Source of the DNA: an uncultured Prevotellaceae bacterium
GTDB lineage: Bacteria > Bacteroidota > Bacteroidia > Bacteroidales > Bacteroidaceae
Direction: 5' to 3'
Assembly: GCA_902767775.1 (NCBI GenBank)
Contig: CACXIP010000010.1
Location: 29,662-93,661, forward strand
DNA: 64,000 bases
Part shown: positions 18,220 through 27,039 of the stretch, one piece after another
How the letters are laid out: every line of letters begins with the position of its first letter
Numbering within the stretch: position 1 is the stretch's first letter
Made by a program: the position numbers and the translations under genes
Notes under the pieces: generated by a model
What the model saw: the letters and a program-made list of their open reading frames with translations, nothing else
Told to the model about the DNA's origin: nothing
Databases searched by the model: none

Positions 18220-20448
18220 ATGAGAAAACTCCTCACAACCCTTATCATCATGGCGGCACTGGGCGCATACGCCCAGCAGCCGGCCTATCTCAATGCCAGC
18301 CTGCCCATCGAGCAGCGTGTGGAGGATGCCCTCAAACGCATGACGCTCAACGAGAAGATTGCCGTCATCCACGCACAGAGCAAGTTCTCCTCCGCAGGTG
18401 TCCAACGGCTCGGCATCCCTGAGTTCTGGACCGATGACGGACCGCATGGCGTGCGCCCCGACGTGCTGTGGGACGAGTGGGAACAGGCAGGACAGACCAA
18501 CGACTCGTGCGTGGCATTCCCCGCCCTCACCAGTCTCGCCGCCTCCTTCAATCCCCAGATGGCCCTCCTCTACGGACGGAGCCTCGGCGAAGAAGCCCTC
18601 TACCGTGGCAAGGACATGATTCTTGGCCCTGGTGTGAACATCAACCGAACCCCGCTCGGAGGACGCAACTTCGAGTACATGGGTGAGGACCCCTACCTCG
18701 CCAGCCGCATGGTGGTGCCCTACATCCAAGGGCTGCAGTCAAACGGTGTCGCCGCCTGCGTGAAGCACTACGCCCTCAACAACGATGAGGAATACCGCCA
18801 TCAGGTGAACGTCATCGTCAGCGACCGTGCCCTGCATGAGATTTACCTGCCCGCCTTCAAGGCTGCCGTCACCGAAGGCAACGCCTGGGGCATCATGGGC
18901 GCGTACAACCTCTACAAGGGTCAGCACAACTGCCACAACGACATCATGCTCAACCAAATCCTCAAACGCGACTGGGGATTCGACGGTGTGGTCGTCTCCG
19001 ACTGGGGCGGTTGCCACGACACCGACGAGGCGGTGAAAAACGGCCTCGACCTGGAGTTCGGCACCTGGACCGACGGTCTGACGATGGGCAAGACCAATGC
19101 CTATGACCTCTATTATATGGCCGATGCCTACAAGAAAGCCATCCGCGAGGGCAAATATACAGAGAAGGAACTCAACGAAAAGGTGCGCCGTGTGCTGCGC
19201 CTCTTCTTCCGCACCAACATGCGCACCGACCGTGGACATGGTTTCCTCTGCTCAGAGAGCCACTATGAGGCAGCCCGGAAGATTGCCCAAGAGGGTATCG
19301 TCCTGCTGCAAAACAAGAACAACGTGCTCCCCATGCGGTTGGATGGCAAGCGCCGCATCCTCGTGGTCGGCGAGAACGCCATCAAGATGATGACCGTGGG
19401 CGGTGGCAGTTCATCGCTCAAGGTGCAGCACGAGATACTTCCCTTCGACGCCCTGCAGCAGTGCTGTAAGGCAGCCGGCGTCACCTGCGACTACGCCCGC
19501 GGCTATGTGGGCGACACCGTACAGAGTTACAACGGCGTCAACGTAGGGCGCAGCATCGCCGAGAAACGTTCACCGGAGGTTCTCCTCGAGGAGGCTGTAA
19601 CCATGGCCCGCGGCGCCGACTACGTGGTGGTGTTCGGAGGTCTCAACAAGAGCGACTACCAGGACTGCGAAGGTCACGACCGCAAGGAGTATGGCCTGCC
19701 CTACGGACAAGACAAACTGATGGAGCGCCTCGCCGAGGTCAATCCCAACCTCATTTTCGTCAACATCTCGGGCAATGCCGTCGCCATGCCATGGAAAGAC
19801 AAGGTGGCCGCCATTGTCCAAGGCTGGTTCATCGGTTCGGAAGCGGGCAACGCCCTCACCGACATCCTCACCGGCAAGGCCAATCCCTCGGGCAAGCTGC
19901 CCTTCACCTGGTTTGCCAACCTCAACGACGTGCCAGCCCACCGCCTCAATGCCTACCCAGGCACTTGGCGCGAGGGTCACGACATCATCGACGAAGAATA
20001 CAAGGAAGGTTTCTATATGGGTTATCGTGGCGCCGACTACTACAAGACCAAGCCCCTGTTTGCCTTCGGTCATGGTCTGAGCTACACCACATTTGAGATG
20101 GGGAAAGTCACCGCCGACCGCAAGAAGATGACCGCCACCGACAACATCACCTTCACCGTCGCCGTCACCAACACCGGCAGTCGGGCTGGTGCCGAGGTGG
20201 TGCAGGTCTACATCAGCGACCTCAAGTCATCGCTGCCAAGACCCCGCAAGGAACTCAAAGGCTTTGCCAAGGTGTGGCTGCAACCGGGAGAGACACGCGA
20301 TGTGACCATCACCCTCGGACGCGACGCCCTCAGTTATTATGACGACCGCAGCCAACAGTGGGTGGTGGAGCCTGGTGCCTTCGAAGCCCTCGTGGGCAAT
20401 GCCTCCGACCATCTCACCAGCAAGTGGAAGTTTGAGGTGACCCAATAG
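18220..20448 (+). CDS. GH3 beta-glucosidase
   Basis: 742 aa with a signal peptide. GH3 blocks are present: GRNFEYMGEDPYL, KHYALNN and GFDGVVVSDWGG (nucleophile Asp). The C-terminus is a Fn3-like domain (VVQVYISDLKSSLPRPRKELKGFAKVWLQPGE). Confidence 0.93.
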   Translation: MRKLLTTLIIMAALGAYAQQPAYLNASLPIEQRVEDALKRMTLNEKIAVIHAQSKFSSAGVQRLGIPEFWTDDGPHGVRPDVLWDEWEQAGQTNDSCVAFPALTSLAASFNPQMALLYGRSLGEEALYRGKDMILGPGVNINRTPLGGRNFEYMGEDPYLASRMVVPYIQGLQSNGVAACVKHYALNNDEEYRHQVNVIVSDRALHEIYLPAFKAAVTEGNAWGIMGAYNLYKGQHNCHNDIMLNQILKRDWGFDGVVVSDWGGCHDTDEAVKNGLDLEFGTWTDGLTMGKTNAYDLYYMADAYKKAIREGKYTEKELNEKVRRVLRLFFRTNMRTDRGHGFLCSESHYEAARKIAQEGIVLLQNKNNVLPMRLDGKRRILVVGENAIKMMTVGGGSSSLKVQHEILPFDALQQCCKAAGVTCDYARGYVGDTVQSYNGVNVGRSIAEKRSPEVLLEEAVTMARGADYVVVFGGLNKSDYQDCEGHDRKEYGLPYGQDKLMERLAEVNPNLIFVNISGNAVAMPWKDKVAAIVQGWFIGSEAGNALTDILTGKANPSGKLPFTWFANLNDVPAHRLNAYPGTWREGHDIIDEEYKEGFYMGYRGADYYKTKPLFAFGHGLSYTTFEMGKVTADRKKMTATDNITFTVAVTNTGSRAGAEVVQVYISDLKSSLPRPRKELKGFAKVWLQPGETRDVTITLGRDALSYYDDRSQQWVVEPGAFEALVGNASDHLTSKWKFEVTQ

Positions 20449-20450
20449 AG

Positions 20451-20538
20451 GTCAGTCGGACCTGTCGGACACGTCAGACCTGTCGGACCAATAAACTAAG
20501 GCTATGACTATGAACTATGAATTATGAACTATAAACTA
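20451..20538. repeat. Two adjacent tandem arrays: 9-mer (GTCGGACCT-like)x4 and 7-mer (TATGAAC-like)x5
   Basis: gtcagtcggacctgtcggacacgtcagacctgtcggacc lies at 20451-20489. ctatgactatgaactatgaattatgaactataaacta lies at 20502-20538. The second array contains the ATG at 20524. The same 7-mer family occurs at 28976-29003. Confidence 0.85.
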
Positions 20539-22203
20539 AAAAAACTCTGTATGCTGGCGGTGCTCGTCCTCCTTGGGGGACGGGCACTGGCACAGCACAA
20601 TCTCGACTCCATCTACCGATGTCTTGATGAAGAGATTGAGCGTTTTCCACAATATGTGGAGGCGCGCGAGCAGGAGGCCGACAACCTGCGCGAGCAATGG
20701 CAGACAGCCACCAGCGACAGCGCCCGCTACCGCCTTGCATACAGACTCTATGAGCAATATCATGCCTTCGTCAACGACTCCGCCATCCATTACCTCACCG
20801 AATGCATTACACTGGCGGAGAAGCTCAACCGTCCGTCAGATGCCGGCAGATGCCGCTCATTGCTCGCACGGAGCTGTTCCAACACCGGCATGTATGATGA
20901 GTCATTAGCCATCCTCAGTCAGGTCAACCCTACCCTGCTCGACCCCGAAGCATTGGGGAAATACTATGAAGCCAACAACCATGTATACAACGAACTCGCC
21001 TACTACACGCGCGTCGATGCCATGCGAGAGCATTATCTGGAAAAGGCGCAGCACTATGAGCAACTGATGCTCGCCACGCTGCCAGCCAATTCCGACGATG
21101 CCCTGCTTCGACGCGAGATGGTAGCCCGCAACGAAGGCAACCTGCAGCAGTCGATGGCCATCAACGACCAATGGCTCAAACAGGTGAAGCGGGGCAGTCA
21201 CCGCTACGCCCTGGTTGCCCTCTACCGGTATTTGGAATACATGGCGCAGAAAGACACCACAGAGATGATGTACTGGCTCTCGGAATCGGCCCTCGCCGAC
21301 GTGCGCAACGCCACGATGGACCAAGGTTCGCTGTGGGAGATGGCCAACCAACTGATGCTTCAAGGCGACATCGACCGGTCGTACCGCTACATCAGCTTCA
21401 CCAGCGACTGCACCAACCGCTATGGGTCGCGCCAGCGCAACTCGCAAATCGCCCCCCTCTTGTCGACTATCGCCAACGACTATAAGAAGCGCAGCGAGCG
21501 CAACCGCAACCGCCTCACACACACCATAGCCGGCATCAGCATCCTCGCCCTCCTGCTGATGGCAACCCTCCTCTATGTCAACCGACAGCGCAAACGCCTT
21601 GCTGCAGCACAGCACAATCTCAGGAAGAGCAACGACCTGCTGGCATCTGCCAACACCCAACTGTCGGAGAAGAACCAGGCATTGGAGGATGTCAACGTAC
21701 AACTGCATGCCCTCAATGCCCAACTGGCGGAGTCCAACCGTGTGAAGGAAGAGTATGTGGGGCGCTTCATGCGGCTCTGCTCACTCTACATCGACAAGAT
21801 GGACCAGTTCCGCAAGCGGGTGAACAAGATGATCAAGAACCACGAATACGAGGCACTCTACGACACTACCCGGGGTCAGGACTCCAAGACACAGCAACTC
21901 GAGCAACTCTATGAAAGTTTTGACGCCGCCTTCCTGCATCTTTTCCCCAATTTCGTCATTGAGGTGAACAAACTGCTCAAGCCTGAGGAGCAAATGGAAC
22001 TGGAGAAGAACAAGCGGATGAACACGAGCCTTCGCATCCTTGCCCTCATCCGCCTCGGCATCGACGACAGTTCAAAAATCGCCGAGTTCCTCAACTACAG
22101 CGTCAACACCATCTACAACTACCGCGCGCGCCTGAAAAGCAGTGCCGCCACCGACCGCGACACTTTCGAGGCAAGAGTAAAGCAGATTGGTCTGCCCGCC
22201 TGA
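20524..22203 (+). CDS. DUF6377-type transmembrane transcriptional regulator (periplasmic TPR-like domain, TM, coiled coil, C-terminal HTH)
   Basis: A signal peptide (LCMLAVLVLLGGRALAQ) precedes about 300 aa of helical repeats. The TM helix is IAGISILALLLMATLLYV followed by NRQRKR. A coiled coil (NLRKSNDLLASANTQLSEKNQALEDVNVQLHALNAQLAE) follows. The C-terminal HTH is LRILALIRLGIDDSSKIAEFLNYSVNTIYNYRARLK. The start could instead be ATG 20551. Confidence 0.7.
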   Translation: MNYKLKKLCMLAVLVLLGGRALAQHNLDSIYRCLDEEIERFPQYVEAREQEADNLREQWQTATSDSARYRLAYRLYEQYHAFVNDSAIHYLTECITLAEKLNRPSDAGRCRSLLARSCSNTGMYDESLAILSQVNPTLLDPEALGKYYEANNHVYNELAYYTRVDAMREHYLEKAQHYEQLMLATLPANSDDALLRREMVARNEGNLQQSMAINDQWLKQVKRGSHRYALVALYRYLEYMAQKDTTEMMYWLSESALADVRNATMDQGSLWEMANQLMLQGDIDRSYRYISFTSDCTNRYGSRQRNSQIAPLLSTIANDYKKRSERNRNRLTHTIAGISILALLLMATLLYVNRQRKRLAAAQHNLRKSNDLLASANTQLSEKNQALEDVNVQLHALNAQLAESNRVKEEYVGRFMRLCSLYIDKMDQFRKRVNKMIKNHEYEALYDTTRGQDSKTQQLEQLYESFDAAFLHLFPNFVIEVNKLLKPEEQMELEKNKRMNTSLRILALIRLGIDDSSKIAEFLNYSVNTIYNYRARLKSSAATDRDTFEARVKQIGLPA

Positions 22204-22250
22204 AAGGACTAAAAAGCCATATCAACAGCAACTTCATCATTGTCTATGCT

Positions 22251-22280
22251 GATGTCGACGAAAACGATGCTGTCGACATC
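22251..22280. terminator. Hairpin between convergent genes (GATGTCGAC-N12-GTCGACATC)
   Basis: This is a perfect 9-bp inverted repeat in the 130-nt convergent spacer between 22203 (+) and 22334 (-). There is no clear U-tract. Confidence 0.35.
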
Positions 22281-22333
22281 ACGGATGCCATGATAGTGAT
22301 AGATTACATTTTGGGCAAGAATTAAGAAATCCA

Positions 22334-24322
22334 TCAGAACCGCCACCGCACTTGCAGCTCAAGGTCGGTTTTTGACGAGCTATTGATTTGTTGCCATCCG
22401 GAAGAAATGTGGTCGCGGTCAAAATAATGGGTGTAAGAGAGATGTGCGATAAACATCAGCGGTCCCACATCGGCGCGTGCGGCGACCGAACCATAGATGC
22501 CCTCTCCAGAATACGACCGGAAGGCATAGGAATAAAGCACCCCCTGTTCGTAGCCATAGACACGACTGTTGCTGTTGTCTGTGTCAAAATACCCCATAGA
22601 TGCCGTCATTCTCAGCCACTGATGTGAATAACTTGTATTGGCGGACACCATCCAACCCAGACTTTTTTCCTCCGCCATGCTGTATGCCCAGTCGCCCTGT
22701 GCCCCCCAACGCCAGGAACCACTGGTGTAGGCTCCTCCAAGTCGCGCTCGGTGTGTGGTGCGTGTGATGAGGGCATCTCCGCCATTGTTGTCTTCCTCGC
22801 GCAATTTAACCCGATATCGCGCATTCCACGAGAACTTTTTTCCGTCATACTGTGCCTGCAAGAGGTTGTCCCATGCCTGCGACGACACCTGTGCCTGATA
22901 GGTAGCGGCAGGAAACCACGCGTAGTCGCTGTAGGCGGTCAGACGCAGATTGCGGACAGGGCGCCACTGCGCACCCAAGTATGCGCCACTCTCATTCTGC
23001 ACCCTGCTCCCCTCACTCAGGCTTTGTGCATGCTGCGCATGGTATTTCTTGCCATAGAAACGGTAGAGTGCCGTCACCGTGAGGTCGGAAGAGGGCGTGA
23101 TGCTCACCATATTGATGGTGGCCAGTGCCCCACCATCGCCAGTTGCCGTCTCACCATGAAGTGTAAACAAATGGTTTACATATCCATAATCGATGCCCGC
23201 ATTCCAAAAATGGTCGCCCATGGCATAATAACGGCGGTAGCGCATGGCGGTGTCGGGCTGCAACGGACGGTCATACGCCGTATAGGCAGCCGTGGCTCCG
23301 AGACGCAAACCACCGAGACGGTATCCCACATGGGCACCCGCCGCCGTCTGCGACGCGTTGTTTTTCTTGTCCATCTCCGTCTGTGTGCGGTGATAGCCAT
23401 CGGTGCGAATGGTAGCGATGCCAGAGTCACCACTCAGCGTGGCATCAATCTTGCGCCATGAGGCGTATGCGCTCACCTCCAAGCCCTTCGCCACTTCTAC
23501 GGTGGCGGCAGCCCCTTGCAGGTAACGAGCCACGCTACGTGAAGTGTGTGCCCTCAGGCCATAAGCCTGACTGCCGAGATTTGACAGCACCGACAACTTG
23601 CCCGAGGAAAAGCTGTTGCCCATGACGAGTCCCATACCGAAAGCCGCACGATAGCGTCCCACGACAAGGGTCTTGAGGCAGCCCAAACGATGAGCCTCAG
23701 CATAGAAAGAATAGAAATCATAGCCAGCACCGTTGCGGTTGGCGAAAAACGGTTCTCCGGCGTCCTGTGCCCCTAAGAGTCCCACCTTGAGTTGGTCGCG
23801 GTAAGAGAACCGATAGCGCAGCGAGTGGCGATATTGGTAGCCTAAGTACGCCTCCTTGTCACCCCTTCGCTCATAAAACGGGATATTGGCAGTCGCCACC
23901 ACCTCATGCCGACCATAGCGCAGCACCTTGTTCCAGTCCAACTTTTTGGATACTTTTTTCTCCCCACAGACAATGAAATGGGTGAGCAGGCAACGGGTGG
24001 TGTAGTCAATCGACGGTATCATCGCCAGTTCGCCTGTCGTCTTCATTCCACCATAGCGATAGATATATTCCTGAATATCCTCCACCTGCTGGTCGTTGAG
24101 GAAAGGCAGTTGCTCCAGTTGTTCCCTCGTCGCGCTGTTGATGTCGAGCGGATTCTCCTCCAGGTCGGTGAGCATTTCATAAGTATCCTCCCACCCCTCG
24201 CTGTCCATGTCCTCTGCGGTAGAAAGCTGTGACCAAAGTTCCTCCCACGGCCGCTGCTCCTGCGCAAAAGCAGCGGCGGTTGTCATCAGACAAAGAAGGA
24301 AAAGGACCGTTTTCCGCATCAC
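22334..24322 (-). CDS. Outer-membrane beta-barrel protein with N-terminal ComEA-like helix-hairpin-helix motif
   Basis: It has a signal peptide (LFLLCLMTTAAAFAQE). The HhH-like segment is LDINSATREQLEQLPFLNDQQVEDIQEYIYRYGGMKTTGELAMIP. About 530 aa of alternating aromatic/Gly-rich strands follow, ending LELQVRWRF (aromatic terminal residue). Confidence 0.65.
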   Translation of the reverse strand: MMRKTVLFLLCLMTTAAAFAQEQRPWEELWSQLSTAEDMDSEGWEDTYEMLTDLEENPLDINSATREQLEQLPFLNDQQVEDIQEYIYRYGGMKTTGELAMIPSIDYTTRCLLTHFIVCGEKKVSKKLDWNKVLRYGRHEVVATANIPFYERRGDKEAYLGYQYRHSLRYRFSYRDQLKVGLLGAQDAGEPFFANRNGAGYDFYSFYAEAHRLGCLKTLVVGRYRAAFGMGLVMGNSFSSGKLSVLSNLGSQAYGLRAHTSRSVARYLQGAAATVEVAKGLEVSAYASWRKIDATLSGDSGIATIRTDGYHRTQTEMDKKNNASQTAAGAHVGYRLGGLRLGATAAYTAYDRPLQPDTAMRYRRYYAMGDHFWNAGIDYGYVNHLFTLHGETATGDGGALATINMVSITPSSDLTVTALYRFYGKKYHAQHAQSLSEGSRVQNESGAYLGAQWRPVRNLRLTAYSDYAWFPAATYQAQVSSQAWDNLLQAQYDGKKFSWNARYRVKLREEDNNGGDALITRTTHRARLGGAYTSGSWRWGAQGDWAYSMAEEKSLGWMVSANTSYSHQWLRMTASMGYFDTDNSNSRVYGYEQGVLYSYAFRSYSGEGIYGSVAARADVGPLMFIAHLSYTHYFDRDHISSGWQQINSSSKTDLELQVRWRF

Positions 24323-24375
24323 CTAAACTTAAATATAATCCGACGAGTCAAACTGGTCTAACGAACAGCTTCAGA

Positions 24376-26010
24376 CTATTTCAGAAATTTTGCCAGGGGA
24401 GAATTGATTTGCTTGAGTCCTGTGCGCACACTTTGGGCATTGGCCTTTGCCCCCTTGAGTGAGGAGTGTGTATGGTCGTGGTTAAAATACTCCGCCACTC
24501 GTTTTTCACCCAGTTTGTCATACTTATCGGCAGTGATGTTGTGCACATCAACAAACTCCACACCTGTCTGTTCCACCACCTCACGGTACCACTTTCCATA
24601 ACTGTCGTTGCGGCGCTCGATGTGGCCGTCACGCCATATATTACGGGGTGTAAGCGACACAAGGATGGGTGTTGCCCCCTTCTCACGTACGTCGTTGATG
24701 AACTTGCGCAGGTACCACCCAAAGGTGTAGACCACCTCATATTTGCCGTTGGACTTCAGTTTGTAGACATGGCAACTGTCTGCTGTGCCCCTGATGTCAG
24801 CCCGCTCCTTGAGGCTGTCAATAGCCCCCACGTCGTTGTGGCCGAACTGGATGAGCACGAAGTCACCCGGCTTCAGACTATTATAGACCTTGTCCCATCG
24901 TCCCTCATTGAGGAAGGTGCGGCACGAGCGTCCCGCCATGGCTGCATTGACGACGGTGATTTTCTTGGTGTCGAAGATATCCTCAGCCACGGCGCCCCAG
25001 CCCCACATGCCATCCTTGTCTTTGTCGGTATTCTTCACCGTACTGTCGCCTGTGGTGAACACGACAGGTTTGCCCTCCTCGCGCTGAACGCTGACCGTGG
25101 GGAGTTCCACGTTGACGAGACACGACTTGAGGAATGCTATCCATGGATGGTCGCAGGCAGCGATGCCCTCGGCGGCACAACGGGCGTTGAGCATGGCGCC
25201 GAATTTACTGGTATGGATTTTGTCGCCAAAGAAATAGTAGTTCATCTTCTCCGGTCCGAAGGCCTCCAGATGTGAAGCGGACAGTTCGTTGAGGTCGATG
25301 TAGGGCACTTGCTGCTCCTCCGCCACCTTTTGGCACCATTCGCTGTGGATTTTCCTCACCACACGACCATTCTCCCAGGCGTTGCGCGGTGTGAGCGACA
25401 TCAGCACAGGGAAGGCACCCGCCGCCCGTGTCTCATTGATGAAGCGCCGCAGATATCCCCCATAACTGTAGACATCCTCCTCGCGATAGGTGGTGTCGGT
25501 GCGATGAATCTCCTGCACGTTGACATGCAGCACCGTGTCCTTGTCGATGCCCGGGATGCTGGCACGCGCACGTCCTGTGTCGTATGGTCCGTTGTCATTG
25601 TGTCCGATGCTGATGATGACCCAATCGCCAGGGCGCAGTGCCTTGCGGATATCAGGCCACAGCATGCGGTAGAACGTGCGGCTGCTCGTCCCTCCCAAGG
25701 CTTGATTCTCAACGGTGATTTTGTTTTTGTCAAAGAAATCCTCGGCATAGTATCCCCATCCCCACTGTCCGTTGTTGCCATTGCCCAACGTACCGTTGCG
25801 CATGGTGCTGTTGCCCACGAGGAAGAGCACGGGGTTGTTGCCCTTTCGGCTGCTGCCAGGTGCCACCCTTGCCTGTCGCACCTTGTCGAGGCTGTCGAGC
25901 GTGAGGTCTTTCACTTTGTTGACATCCTCCATTCCCTGAAGGTTGGTCACCTGTGCCGTGGCACTCATTGCCAGAAACAGAGATATTGCCAGAAATATTG
26001 TTTTTTTCAT
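24376..26010 (-). CDS. Tandem double SGNH/GDSL esterase (rhamnogalacturonan-acetylesterase / CE12-like x2)
   Basis: It has a signal peptide and two homologous halves. Each half has block I (LVGNSTMRNG / TTGDSTVKN), GGTSSRTF / AGRSCRTF, and a GHND block (SIGHNDNG / QFGHNDVG). Confidence 0.7.
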   Translation of the reverse strand: MKKTIFLAISLFLAMSATAQVTNLQGMEDVNKVKDLTLDSLDKVRQARVAPGSSRKGNNPVLFLVGNSTMRNGTLGNGNNGQWGWGYYAEDFFDKNKITVENQALGGTSSRTFYRMLWPDIRKALRPGDWVIISIGHNDNGPYDTGRARASIPGIDKDTVLHVNVQEIHRTDTTYREEDVYSYGGYLRRFINETRAAGAFPVLMSLTPRNAWENGRVVRKIHSEWCQKVAEEQQVPYIDLNELSASHLEAFGPEKMNYYFFGDKIHTSKFGAMLNARCAAEGIAACDHPWIAFLKSCLVNVELPTVSVQREEGKPVVFTTGDSTVKNTDKDKDGMWGWGAVAEDIFDTKKITVVNAAMAGRSCRTFLNEGRWDKVYNSLKPGDFVLIQFGHNDVGAIDSLKERADIRGTADSCHVYKLKSNGKYEVVYTFGWYLRKFINDVREKGATPILVSLTPRNIWRDGHIERRNDSYGKWYREVVEQTGVEFVDVHNITADKYDKLGEKRVAEYFNHDHTHSSLKGAKANAQSVRTGLKQINSPLAKFLK

Positions 26011-26023
26011 GAGGTGAGGTTTT

Positions 26024-26069
26024 ATAGGAGTTTAGGAGATTAGAAGTTTAGGAGTTTAGACATATGATT
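26024..26069. repeat. (TAGGAGTT)n-TAGACATATGATT element, copy 1 (immediately 5' of the start codon at 26010)
   Basis: ataggagtttaggagattagaagtttaggagtttagacatatgatt. A near-identical copy lies at 26955-26991 and a relative at 72-95. Confidence 0.9.
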
Positions 26070-26091
26070 TGCTTGTAGTGGCGGAGATATT

Positions 26092-26135
26092 TTAATCTTT
26101 AATCTTTAATTTTTAATCTTTAATTTTTAATCTTC
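26092..26135. repeat. Heptamer array (AATCTTT/AATTTTT)x6
   Basis: ttaatctttaatctttaatttttaatctttaatttttaatcttc. The last unit overlaps the stop codon and final codons (TFED*) of the SGNH gene. Confidence 0.9.
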
Positions 26136-26942
26136 AAATGTGCACGGTAGGGTGAGCAGTTGATACATCACTGTGCGTGCCATACGGATATGGCCTGCAT
26201 CATTGGGATGGAGTTGGTCGCGCTCATTGTGGCAGTAGATGATATGCTCGTCGACAAGAGGGAAGAAGCCGCAGGTGGCGTTGAGGTCAATCACCGGCAC
26301 AGCCCAGATGTTGGCAGCCTCCTTCACGCTCTGCACATATGCGTCCACCCATTCGCCGATTTCATTGGTGTACGACTCTTCGGGCTGTATATTTTTCTCA
26401 TTGCCATAGAAATAGCCCCTGTGAATTGGGGTGAGCAACACCACCTGTTTGGAGGGGAACATCTCCTTGATTCGTTTGAGTGCGATATTGATGCGCCCAC
26501 GGTAGGTGTCCTTGTTCATCGACGGCGTGCGGTGGCGGCGCAGCACATTCGCCTTGTCGCGGTGCACAGCCGCCTCGACGGAATCCTCCGTGATGGTGTA
26601 CCACTCCCCGATAGGCACGGCGGCATTGTAGTCATTGGTGCCGATGAAGATGAGGATGGCATCGAAATCATCACCATGTTCTTTCTTCAGTTTTTCTGCT
26701 TGGTTGGGGATGTCGTTCCACTGTCTGCCGCTGATGCCATAGACGTATGGTGTGATGTCGAGCCATTCCTGAAGAAAGTTCCACCACTTTTGTTTTGAAC
26801 CGCTGTTGCGGGGGTCGGTGATGCTGTCGCCGAAATAGGCCACGCGCTTGCCCTGCCAGGGGTGCTGGAAGAGAGTCTGCGCATTTATGCTCAAACTTAG
26901 GGTGAGGAGCATTAAAGTAAGCCAGATTTTTGATTTGTTCAT
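26127..26942 (-). CDS. SGNH/GDSL-family hydrolase (esterase/lipase-like)
   Basis: It has a signal peptide (LTLMLLTLSLSINAQT). Block I is AYFGDSITDP, the GTND block is IFIGTNDY, and the C-terminal D..H is LHPNDAGH. Confidence 0.75.
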   Translation of the reverse strand: MNKSKIWLTLMLLTLSLSINAQTLFQHPWQGKRVAYFGDSITDPRNSGSKQKWWNFLQEWLDITPYVYGISGRQWNDIPNQAEKLKKEHGDDFDAILIFIGTNDYNAAVPIGEWYTITEDSVEAAVHRDKANVLRRHRTPSMNKDTYRGRINIALKRIKEMFPSKQVVLLTPIHRGYFYGNEKNIQPEESYTNEIGEWVDAYVQSVKEAANIWAVPVIDLNATCGFFPLVDEHIIYCHNERDQLHPNDAGHIRMARTVMYQLLTLPCTFED

Positions 26943-26954
26943 GAGGTTATTTTT

Positions 26955-27017
26955 TAGGAGTTTAGGAGATTAGGAGTTTAGACATATGATTGTTGTTGGG
27001 GGTTTAGACATATGATT
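26955..27017. repeat. (TAGGAGTT)n-TAGACATATGATT element, copy 2, with an extra GTTTAGACATATGATT
   Basis: taggagtttaggagattaggagtttagacatatgatt lies at 26955-26991. gtttagacatatgatt recurs at 27002-27017. The element sits immediately 5' of the start codon at 26942. Confidence 0.9.
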
Positions 27018-27039
27018 CTTCGTATCTATGCCTATGAAC

